Part shown: positions 44,068 to 51,267 of the stretch, in pieces
Position numbering within the stretch: position 1 is the first letter of the stretch
How the letters are laid out: every line of letters starts with the position of its first letter
Program-made: the position numbers and the translations under genes
Virus record (IMG/VR): IMGVR_UViG_3300046542_000361
Reading direction: 5' to 3' (one strand)
DNA length: 51,436 nt
DNA from: a virus
Lineage: Duplodnaviria; Heunggongvirae; Uroviricota; Caudoviricetes
The notes under the pieces: model-generated
Database searches by the model: none
Told to the model about the DNA's origin: nothing
Seen by the model: the letters and a program-made list of their open reading frames with translations, nothing else

Positions 44068-45669
44068 ATGACTTTGATTAAACTGGCCTACAACGCCGTC
44101 ACCGCCCAGCTGCTCGACAACCCGCCCGAGACGGTCACCAACACCGTTTCGGACCTGCTCTCCTATATGGTCGACGGCGCCGAGCAGACTTTTGCGTTCA
44201 ACCAGGGCACCTGGGATGGCAAGTCGTCCTTCTACGAATACAAGACCAACTCCTTCCCGGCCGGCTTTGCCTTCATGGTTCACAAGGAGCTGATGCGGCT
44301 TGGCTACAAGGTGCAGATCTTCCGGAAGAAGGCCGCTGAGCCGCTCGGCCCCGAAAACCCGATCGTCGATGATTTCGGCAACGAGGATCCACGCTACGCT
44401 CACCAGCCGGAGAGCCTGCGCCGCGTCGAGAAGTTCGGCCGCGGCATCATCCAGGTCGCAACGGGCGGTGGCAAGTCGAAGATCGCCAAGATGATCATGC
44501 TGCGCTACCGGCGCCCTACCCTCTTCCTGACGACGCGCAAGGTGCTGCTCTACCAAATGAAGGAGCAGCTCGACGCGCTCGATCTCAACACCGGCGTCAT
44601 CGGCGACGGCAAGGAGAAGATGGTCAAGGGCGTCAACCTCGCCATGGTGCAGACGCTCGTTGAAGCGCTCGAGGAGCCGAACCTGCAGAAGGAGATCATC
44701 GCCGTCACCAAGTCACAGCATCGTTCGAAGAAGAAGGATTCGAACATGCCGAAGGAGCAGGTGCGCGAACTTGCCCAGGCCCGCTTTGACGAAAAGACGA
44801 AAAAGCGAAATCGCTATTTGAAGTTCCTCGAGCTGATCGACGTGGTCATCGGTGAGGAAGCCCATGAGGCAGGCGGCAACAGCTATTACGAGATCCTCAA
44901 GCACTGCAAGAACGCCACGATCCGCGTTGCCCTCACCGCAACGCCGTTCATGCGCTCCAGCGCTGAAGACAACATGCGCCTGATGGCCGCCTTCGGTTCG
45001 GTGCTGATCCGCATCACCGAGGAGCAGCTGATCGAGTCCGGTGTGCTTGCCAAGCCGATCTTCAAATACGTGACCTCGGAGCCGCACAAGCTGCTGTTTC
45101 GCTCGTCGCCCTGGGCGCGCGCCTACCAATTCGGCTATATCGAGAACACCTTCATGCACAAGGACATCGTGCGTGACGCTCTGATGGCAAAGCGCTACGG
45201 GTTGCCGGTGCTGACGCTGATCCAGCGCATGGACCACGGGGAGATCCTGTTCAAGAAGTTCACCCATGTCGGGCTGCGCACGGTCTTCCTGCGCGGCGAG
45301 AACGATCAGAAGGAACGTCAGGCGGCTCTGTCTGCGCTCGAGCGCGGCGAAATCGATGCGATCATCGGCTCGACCATCGTCGACGTCGGCGTCGATGTGC
45401 CGGGTATCGGCCTGGTGCAGCTTGCCGGTGGTGGCAAGGCTGAAGTGGCGTTGCGTCAGCGGATCGGCCGCGGTCTGCGCGCCAAGAAAAATATGCCGAA
45501 CTATGCCTTCATTGCCGACTATTCATGTGCCAACAACATTGCGCTGTCCGAGCACACGGCCGAGCGCAAGAACATCGTCAAATCCACACCCGGCTTCCGG
45601 GAGAACATCTTGCCGGCGAGCGAAGACTTTCCCTGGCAGATCTTCGCAGCGCAGAGGAAAGCAGCATGA
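44068..45669 (+). CDS. SF2 DNA helicase
   Basis: ATGGGKS, EEAH, TATP, GVDVP, QRIGRGLR. Confidence 0.9.
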   Translation: MTLIKLAYNAVTAQLLDNPPETVTNTVSDLLSYMVDGAEQTFAFNQGTWDGKSSFYEYKTNSFPAGFAFMVHKELMRLGYKVQIFRKKAAEPLGPENPIVDDFGNEDPRYAHQPESLRRVEKFGRGIIQVATGGGKSKIAKMIMLRYRRPTLFLTTRKVLLYQMKEQLDALDLNTGVIGDGKEKMVKGVNLAMVQTLVEALEEPNLQKEIIAVTKSQHRSKKKDSNMPKEQVRELAQARFDEKTKKRNRYLKFLELIDVVIGEEAHEAGGNSYYEILKHCKNATIRVALTATPFMRSSAEDNMRLMAAFGSVLIRITEEQLIESGVLAKPIFKYVTSEPHKLLFRSSPWARAYQFGYIENTFMHKDIVRDALMAKRYGLPVLTLIQRMDHGEILFKKFTHVGLRTVFLRGENDQKERQAALSALERGEIDAIIGSTIVDVGVDVPGIGLVQLAGGGKAEVALRQRIGRGLRAKKNMPNYAFIADYSCANNIALSEHTAERKNIVKSTPGFRENILPASEDFPWQIFAAQRKAA

Positions 45670-45848
45670 CCCACAAATCTCAGGAACGTCTCGTCGATCC
45701 GGTTCACTTCTTCAACTCCTGCGGCCTCTCGGCGATGAGCGAGGTCTTCTATCTCGAGGCAATCGAGAAGCTGCAGGCCGACAATCAGCGCCTGACCCGG
45801 CTCGTCGAACGCGCCAAGAATCGCGGCCTTCTCGATCTGGAGAATTAG
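45666..45848 (+). CDS. Hypothetical protein (60 aa)
   Basis: ATGA overlap with the helicase stop. Confidence 0.6.
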   Translation: MTHKSQERLVDPVHFFNSCGLSAMSEVFYLEAIEKLQADNQRLTRLVERAKNRGLLDLEN

Positions 45849-45862
45849 CGAAATCGCTATTT
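45843..45862. promoter_or_regulatory. Motif B inverted pair (WWWTAGCGA)
   Basis: AATTAGCGA-AA-TCGCTATTT; further copies are listed in the findings. Confidence 0.6.
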
Positions 45863-45890
45863 CGCGCCTTCCCTAAAACGCTCCTTTGCA

Positions 45891-45910
45891 GTAAGTAAAT
45901 ATTGATTGAC
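45891..45910. promoter_or_regulatory. 20-bp palindromic motif A
   Basis: GTAAGTAAATATTGATTGAC. Confidence 0.7.
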
Positions 45911-45925
45911 TGCAAAGGAGCAAAA

Positions 45926-46492
45926 GTGACCAATCCAACCGCTTATCCCAAACTGATCGCCCTGTGTGGCAACCCGACCTCGGGCAAATCGACGGCCGCT
46001 GAAATCATCAATGACTGCTACGGGCACAAGCTCGCCGATGACGGCCTCCCTCTCCGCAAAATCGCCATCGATTATCTCGGCCTGACGCCCGAGCAGGTGT
46101 TCACCCAGGCCGGCAAGCTCGAATCCGTCACCATCAACGGCCGCAAGTGGCAGGTGCGTGAGGTTCTGGGCGAGATCGGCAACGCCTTCGAAGAGAAGTT
46201 CGGTGGCGATATCATCCCGATCATGAGCCACAATGCCCAGCCGAAGGACCAGTTCTCGGTGTTCGGCTCCGTCCGGCGCGAGCAGGGCCGTTACTGGAAG
46301 CAACAGGGCGCTCTCATTCTCGAGATCATCAATCCCCTCGCCGGTCCGTCGAAATTTGAATTCGACGTCTACAATCCGGTCTACGCCGATCATCAGATCC
46401 AGAACGACGGCCTGGCGCGCGGTCTGTCGCCGCAAGAGGCTCGCCTCGACCTGATGGACAAGCTGATCAAAGTGATTGGGCCGGTGTTTTGA
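45926..46492 (+). CDS. Deoxynucleoside monophosphate kinase-like P-loop protein
   Basis: LIALCGNPTSGKST, REVLGEIG, VRREQ; AAGGAG RBS before GTG. Confidence 0.7.
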   Translation: MTNPTAYPKLIALCGNPTSGKSTAAEIINDCYGHKLADDGLPLRKIAIDYLGLTPEQVFTQAGKLESVTINGRKWQVREVLGEIGNAFEEKFGGDIIPIMSHNAQPKDQFSVFGSVRREQGRYWKQQGALILEIINPLAGPSKFEFDVYNPVYADHQIQNDGLARGLSPQEARLDLMDKLIKVIGPVF

Positions 46493-46845
46493 TCGACGTC
46501 TGGTATGGAAGTCAACGGATGGGCGCGCTTGAGCGGAGCGCGCCTTTGAACAACCTCCTGGTCTTCAGGGAAATGCCGGCAGGCTCGTTTCTCTCTGCCG
46601 ACATTCGCGAAACCGTCTTTTCGCTAATTCGCCACACCGAAACCGTCGAAAAGATCGCTCTGATGCGATCAAACATGTCGATTTTCGAATATGTCGATCG
46701 GATGCTCGGTCTGAACATCGAGGAGCTCGTCGTGACCGAGTGTCCGCACATCGACGCCGTTCGGGTCTCCTGGCTGAAGGTCGTCGCTGACGATATCGAC
46801 CAATACGAATTCCTCTTCGACCAGCCCGACTTCGTTCCCGTTTGA
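46489..46845 (+). CDS. Hypothetical protein
   Basis: 118 aa, TTGA overlap with the kinase stop. Confidence 0.5.
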   Translation: MIDVWYGSQRMGALERSAPLNNLLVFREMPAGSFLSADIRETVFSLIRHTETVEKIALMRSNMSIFEYVDRMLGLNIEELVVTECPHIDAVRVSWLKVVADDIDQYEFLFDQPDFVPV

Positions 46846-47054
46846 TCTTGAAGAGCGCCGGCAGTCGAACTATGTAATTCCCCGGCGCGGCCCTAGAACT
46901 CTCTGCCAGCTCCGATCTCCCAAGATTCCGGAGCAGCCGTGTTCGTTGTTGACGCAAATGGGCCGCGTCACCCCTCCCTTCCCAATCCCGTAAAAATTCG
47001 TTAACCATTGGGCGCTAAAGATTTAGCGAATTAACGACATAGGGATTTCGCGAA

Positions 47055-47699
47055 ATGAGCACCATCATCGCATGTCTGTCCCAGAAAGGCGGCGTCGGCA
47101 AGTCGACGATAGCCCGTCTCCTGGCGCGCACCTTCGCTTCTGCCGGCTGGTCGGTGAAGATCTGCGACTTCAACGTCAATCAGCTCACCTCGACCGACTG
47201 GGTGGCAATACGGATGGTCGCCAACATCGAGCCGGCGATCGAAGCCCAGCCGATGAACTCGGTCAAGAAGCTCAAGGCTGAACGTCACGACCTCCTGGTC
47301 GTCGACGGCGCCCCGGACAGTCAGCAGACCTCGCTCGATGCAGCCCAGCTTGCCGATGTGGTGATCATACCGACCGGCGCGACCCGCGATGACCTGAAGC
47401 CGCAGCTTGCCTTTGCGCACGAGCTTTCGAACAAGGGCGTGTCGCGCAAGAAGATGCTGTTCGTCCTCAACAAGACGACCGAGAGCGACCTGGCCTCCCG
47501 CGAAGCCACCCAGTTCATCAAGGAGCAGGGCTTTGAGGTCGCCGAAACCGACATCGTCTCGAAGACCGGCTATCAGATGGCCCAGAACCGCGGCTTCTCG
47601 ATCGCTGAAACGCTTTACCCGTCTCTGAATGAGCGCGCCGACCGGCTCGCGGTCGAGATCGTCGATAAACTCAACACCCTACAGGTAGCCGCAGCATGA
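47055..47699 (+). CDS. parA: Partition ATPase ParA
   Basis: SQKGGVGKST deviant Walker A, VVDGAP, ADVVIIP; short, no N-terminal HTH (type Ib). Confidence 0.92.
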   Translation: MSTIIACLSQKGGVGKSTIARLLARTFASAGWSVKICDFNVNQLTSTDWVAIRMVANIEPAIEAQPMNSVKKLKAERHDLLVVDGAPDSQQTSLDAAQLADVVIIPTGATRDDLKPQLAFAHELSNKGVSRKKMLFVLNKTTESDLASREATQFIKEQGFEVAETDIVSKTGYQMAQNRGFSIAETLYPSLNERADRLAVEIVDKLNTLQVAAA

Positions 47700-47962
47700 A
47701 GAGCCCAGCCCCAGCGACGAAGGCCAATATCAAGCCAAGACAGCAGTCCGGCGCGATGAAATACCTCGGCAGCCTCACCGAAGAGCCGGTCAAGCCGGCC
47801 GACAACATGAAGAAGAAGGACGCGGTGCTGCGCGACCTCAACTTCAAGGTCGATCCGGACTTTCACACCAGGTTCAAGATGACCGCGACCGCGGCCGGGC
47901 TGTCGATGAAGGAGCTGCTCGAGCAGTGCTTCGATGCCTGGACGACCTTGCGCCGTGGCTGA
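47696..47962 (+). CDS. ParG-like ribbon-helix-helix partition protein
   Basis: Flexible N-terminus then LNFKVDPDFHTRFKMTATAAGLSMKELL; ATGA-coupled to parA. Confidence 0.75.
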   Translation: MKSPAPATKANIKPRQQSGAMKYLGSLTEEPVKPADNMKKKDAVLRDLNFKVDPDFHTRFKMTATAAGLSMKELLEQCFDAWTTLRRG

Positions 47963-47967
47963 CACAG

Positions 47968-48000
47968 AAAAGGGCGGTCGAAACCGCCCTTTCTTTATTT
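47968..48000. terminator. Bidirectional intrinsic terminator
   Basis: AAAAGGGCGGT-CGAA-ACCGCCCTTTCTTT between convergent genes. Confidence 0.88.
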
Positions 48001-48004
48001 CACG

Positions 48005-48021
48005 ATTTAGCGAAATCGCTA
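48005..48021. promoter_or_regulatory. Motif B inverted pair downstream of the par operon
   Basis: ATTTAGCGA-AA-TCGCTA. Confidence 0.6.
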
Positions 48022-48240
48022 CCGGCGCAGTTCGAACTTGAAACCGTGCGTCTCGCGCGGATCGAGGTAGCTACCGAGAAGCGACAGCACGATCACCAGA
48101 AAGAGCACGATCAGGAACGGCACGCCGATCATGAACAGGCCGGCGCCGATCATCAGCGCGAGAACGACGAGCAGAGCGACGACAGCCAGACGGATGATAT
48201 CGGCAAAGAACTTGCGCAGGCTGAACTTGAATTTTTCCAT
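48019..48240 (-). CDS. Small two-TM membrane protein
   Basis: Long hydrophobic stretch flanked by basic residues. Confidence 0.65.
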   Translation of the reverse strand: MEKFKFSLRKFFADIIRLAVVALLVVLALMIGAGLFMIGVPFLIVLFLVIVLSLLGSYLDPRETHGFKFELRR

Positions 48241-48250
48241 GGATAGATCC

Positions 48251-48706
48251 TCAGAGGTTGGAAGTGGCTTCGTTGAGACTGAGCGTCAGGACAGGCCCGC
48301 CGCACCAGAAATCACAGGCCTTGGCCGCCTCGACGGCTTCGACCGCGTTGGCACCCATCTGGATCGCGCCGTGGGCGTATTTCTTGCCAGAGCCGATCGA
48401 CCAGGTGTTGCCGAAGAGCGGGCCTGAAGGCGTATAGCCGTCGCTGTAGAGGAAGACCTCGCCGGCTGGCGTGACGTGGATCGCGTCGAAGGCGGGCTCG
48501 CCCGGCATGTCAGCCTTTCGATCGGCGCCAGCAGCCAGCCAGTCGCGAAACGCTTCCGGCATGCCGATCTGGTTCGAGGTGATGCCGACAAGCCCACCGT
48601 CGGGTAGACGGTGGATCTTGCGCTTGTTGCCGACCGGGTGTTGATCTCCACCATAGGCACGACTGTCAGCGGCCATCACGCCCTCGTGATAGACGACGAC
48701 GCTCAT
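48251..48706 (-). CDS. Ntn-hydrolase (HslV/proteasome-beta-like) protein
   Basis: MSVVVY...MAADSR...KI...SIGSG...D..CGG; ATGA overlap. Confidence 0.75.
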   Translation of the reverse strand: MSVVVYHEGVMAADSRAYGGDQHPVGNKRKIHRLPDGGLVGITSNQIGMPEAFRDWLAAGADRKADMPGEPAFDAIHVTPAGEVFLYSDGYTPSGPLFGNTWSIGSGKKYAHGAIQMGANAVEAVEAAKACDFWCGGPVLTLSLNEATSNL

Positions 48707-49032
48707 GCGGCGTCCTCGGGCAGCTTGATGCGCTTGGGCTGGAAGACAGCCCGATTGAGCCACATGAAGGCCTCCTGGATGCTCCGGCGTGCGAGCTGGA
48801 CCATTGCCTGGTCGATCTCCTGGCTATCGCGGCTACGAACATGGCGATCGACCTGGCGCAGCACGCGTTCCTCGAGCTCCTTGTTCTCGTTGACCAGCGC
48901 AACCTTCTCGTCGCTCTGTGTGGTGTAGCCAGCGACGGGCAGGGGAGTGTGAACCGCCGCGGTTACACGACCGGCGAGGGGAATACCTTCAAGCGGGAAG
49001 CCGAAGGGCAGGGAGGCGTCTTTGTCGGACAT
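48703..49032 (-). CDS. Acb2-like anti-CBASS protein
   Basis: GYTTQSDEKVALVNENKE...LARRSIQEAFMWLNRAVFQP matches the Acb2 pattern GY-x9-N-x2-K...Q-x3-M-x3-RA-x2-QP. Confidence 0.75.
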   Translation of the reverse strand: MSDKDASLPFGFPLEGIPLAGRVTAAVHTPLPVAGYTTQSDEKVALVNENKELEERVLRQVDRHVRSRDSQEIDQAMVQLARRSIQEAFMWLNRAVFQPKRIKLPEDAA

Positions 49033-49069
49033 AGAGATTTCCTGATTTAGCGAAAGGGCGAATTAGCGA

Positions 49070-49951
49070 TTATTCGTCGTCGATGCGGTTGCCGATCGGG
49101 CCAAAGCGGGGCTTCCAGAGCAGCGTCGTGCCGGCAGGCACCATCGAGCTGAGATCGACGCTCTTGTCGGCCCAGATACCGCCCCAGACAGCCTTGGCGT
49201 GCTCTTCAGCAGCGACGGCAGCACAGGCTTCGCAACCACAGTCCTCAGCCGGCCCCTTGGTGATCTCGAACGGCCCCTCGCTTGCGACGCTGAGCGGATT
49301 GATCAGCTCGACGTCATCGTCATCCTCGTCGACCTCATCGACGATCGGCAGCAGCTCGTAGGAGCGCCAGGACGGATGCACATCGATGAAGCTGCCCACG
49401 GTCGTCTCCAGGCTCAGCTCGCCATCGACGTTGAGAATGGAGCAGACATCGAGGAACATCGAGTTCGACCCGTCGGCAAAGCGCACGAAGGCATTGGCCG
49501 GCTCGTCGAGCACCAGAACCAGATCATCGGCGATCGCCTTGATCTCCTCGTCGCGCTCCTGATGAGCGACCTGACGTCCAGCTTCGAAAGCCTGGTCGAT
49601 CATCGTCGAAACCCTGGCTTCGTGATCCGACATCGGAATCACATTCTGCTCGGTGTGATCGACGCCGATCAACTTGCCGGTGCCGAACGCCTTGCGCACG
49701 CCGTCGACGAAGGAGACGTAAGCGAAGGTCTCGAGCAGATAGGTGAGGGTGGTGCCTGCCTCGTCGCTCAGCTTGAAAGGCTGGCCGATCGCGAAGGCCT
49801 TCTCACCCTCGATGAGGAAGCGCGCCTGCAAAGGCGCGGTGACGAAGTGTGTCAGCTGACCGGTGCCGCCTGCGTAAAGGACATCGCCGCGCTGGGGAAA
49901 ATTGATCTTCATGGAATGTTGGATCCTTGGACGTTGGAATTGCCAGGACAT
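49070..49951 (-). CDS. Hypothetical protein
   Basis: 293 aa (alternative start 49912); acidic patch and CGCEAC motif. Confidence 0.65.
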   Translation of the reverse strand: MSWQFQRPRIQHSMKINFPQRGDVLYAGGTGQLTHFVTAPLQARFLIEGEKAFAIGQPFKLSDEAGTTLTYLLETFAYVSFVDGVRKAFGTGKLIGVDHTEQNVIPMSDHEARVSTMIDQAFEAGRQVAHQERDEEIKAIADDLVLVLDEPANAFVRFADGSNSMFLDVCSILNVDGELSLETTVGSFIDVHPSWRSYELLPIVDEVDEDDDDVELINPLSVASEGPFEITKGPAEDCGCEACAAVAAEEHAKAVWGGIWADKSVDLSSMVPAGTTLLWKPRFGPIGNRIDDE

Positions 49952-49967
49952 TATCCGAGCGCTCGCA

Positions 49968-49987
49968 GTCAGTCAATATTGATTGAT
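49968..49987. promoter_or_regulatory. 20-bp palindromic motif A
   Basis: GTCAGTCAATATTGATTGAT. Confidence 0.7.
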
Positions 49988-49999
49988 CGAAAAGAGGAT

Positions 50000-50056
50000 G
50001 GGTAGCTTGGGCAAGGGGAATCCGGGCTGCGGGGCAGGGGAACCGGGGCGCCGGGG
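50000..50056 (+). other. Cluster of eight G-runs (G-quadruplex-forming motif)
   Basis: G3-4 runs at 50000, 50009, 50015, 50024, 50031, 50037, 50045, 50053; loops of 2-6 nt. Confidence 0.7.
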
Positions 50057-50453
50057 ATTTGGTTGACGGATCACTACCCAGGGAGAGCTGTCCGTCCCGG
50101 TGAGGCACTAGGACAGGTAGTCGATGGTCGATTTTCGCCGGGCAGCAGTGGGCATCATGCTCGCACACGTCGAAAATCTCTAAGACTTCGATCACTGACG
50201 CGCGCAACGCTTTGACAGTGACACATAGCAGCTCGAGGGATCGATCGTCGCGCTTCTGTGACACATGACACTGCTCACACGTCTATGCGTGTCAGTGACG
50301 CTCTACGAGTCAAAGCGCGCGTATCATCACATAGCAATAATCATATGAAAATAAATTCGCGATTTAGCGATTTAGCTATTGCATGACACTGCGAACTAGT
50401 GTCTAAAGAGCATGTCAACAACGACAACTAGACAACACAAGAGAGAAACGAAC

Positions 50454-51026
50454 ATGACACACACTGTCGCAGTTAACGCTTACGCACTGTCTCTGTCTGC
50501 ACGCTATGACACTGAACTCGCAGCAAAGAAGTCTGCTAATTCGCTCAACTTCATATCGAAGTGCGCGCTTGTCGTATCGCAGAAGAGCGTTGCTGACATG
50601 CTCGCTGCATGCGAAGTCAAGACAGACTTTGCGCAAGATAGCGTTCAAGCTAACAGCGCGTTCTGCATGAAAGCGCTTGAGAATTGCGCTCACATGCTCG
50701 AGTTTGCAGCAAATACGCGTAACGTCGACAAGCTGAAAAGCAACGTCGAAGAAGTGCTGCGCACGCTCGTCAACTTCAAAAAGAACAATGAGCAATTCAG
50801 CGCAAGCGACATTGAAATCGCGCTTGATAAAAACATCAAAGTCGCGAAAGAGCGTGTCGCGCTTTACTATCGTCGCAAAGACGAATTCTCTTCTGCGAAG
50901 CGACACGCTTCTATGAACATGCGCGCACTTGTTGCACTCAACTTGCTCAAAGCTGCATCGAAAGACAAATACACTGTCAACGATAACGCGATCATGCAAG
51001 CGATCGAAGCGCGCTTCGCAGCGTAG
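50454..51026 (+). CDS. Hypothetical protein lacking Gly, Pro and Trp; possible C-terminal winged helix
   Basis: 190 aa from MTHTVAV (ORF open from 50412); lies inside the GG/CC-free tract. Confidence 0.75.
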   Translation: MTHTVAVNAYALSLSARYDTELAAKKSANSLNFISKCALVVSQKSVADMLAACEVKTDFAQDSVQANSAFCMKALENCAHMLEFAANTRNVDKLKSNVEEVLRTLVNFKKNNEQFSASDIEIALDKNIKVAKERVALYYRRKDEFSSAKRHASMNMRALVALNLLKAASKDKYTVNDNAIMQAIEARFAA

Positions 51027-51029
51027 ACA

Positions 51030-51049
51030 GTAAATCAAGATTGATTGCT
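51030..51049. promoter_or_regulatory. 20-bp palindromic motif A (degenerate)
   Basis: GTAAATCAAGATTGATTGCT. Confidence 0.6.
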
Positions 51050-51070
51050 AGCGCGTCATACGCGCTAGCA
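51046..51070. repeat. Perfect 11-bp hairpin
   Basis: TGCTAGCGCGT-CAT-ACGCGCTAGCA, no U tract. Confidence 0.7.
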
Positions 51071-51100
51071 CGTCGCAACAAATCACACGAAAGCAAAACG

Positions 51101-51256
51101 ATGTTCATTCTGTATCTGCGATTAGTCGCTGCACTCGTCAATTCACGCGCAGCTAATCGAGAACTGCAGCGCGCGCTAAGAGCGCGTCACACTGCACGCA
51201 TGCGCTCGAAGCGCGTCACAGAGCAACGTCGCGCGATTGTGTCACGTTTCAATTGA
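51101..51256 (+). CDS. Small basic hypothetical protein
   Basis: MFILYLRLV..., 51 aa, no G/P/W. Confidence 0.5.
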   Translation: MFILYLRLVAALVNSRAANRELQRALRARHTARMRSKRVTEQRRAIVSRFN

Positions 51257-51267
51257 AAGCTAGAGAC

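Noticed and set aside
43234-44556. 440-aa minus ORF as one protein
   Set aside because: The first 192 codons lie mostly antisense to the helicase; the ParB-like protein starts at 43980.
50212-50410. Sigma70-like promoters in the desert leader (TTGACA at about 50213, TTGCAT at 50379)
   Set aside because: No convincing -10 element at the right spacing; needs TSS mapping.
50415-51038. 207-aa antisense ORF in the GG/CC-free tract
   Set aside because: Mirror of the plus-strand gene with no RBS or motifs; it cannot be fully excluded without expression data.
1347-51049. Motif A as CRISPR repeats or tRNA/att sites
   Set aside because: Copies are dispersed, degenerate and irregularly spaced; no cas genes, tRNA cloverleaf or integrase seen.
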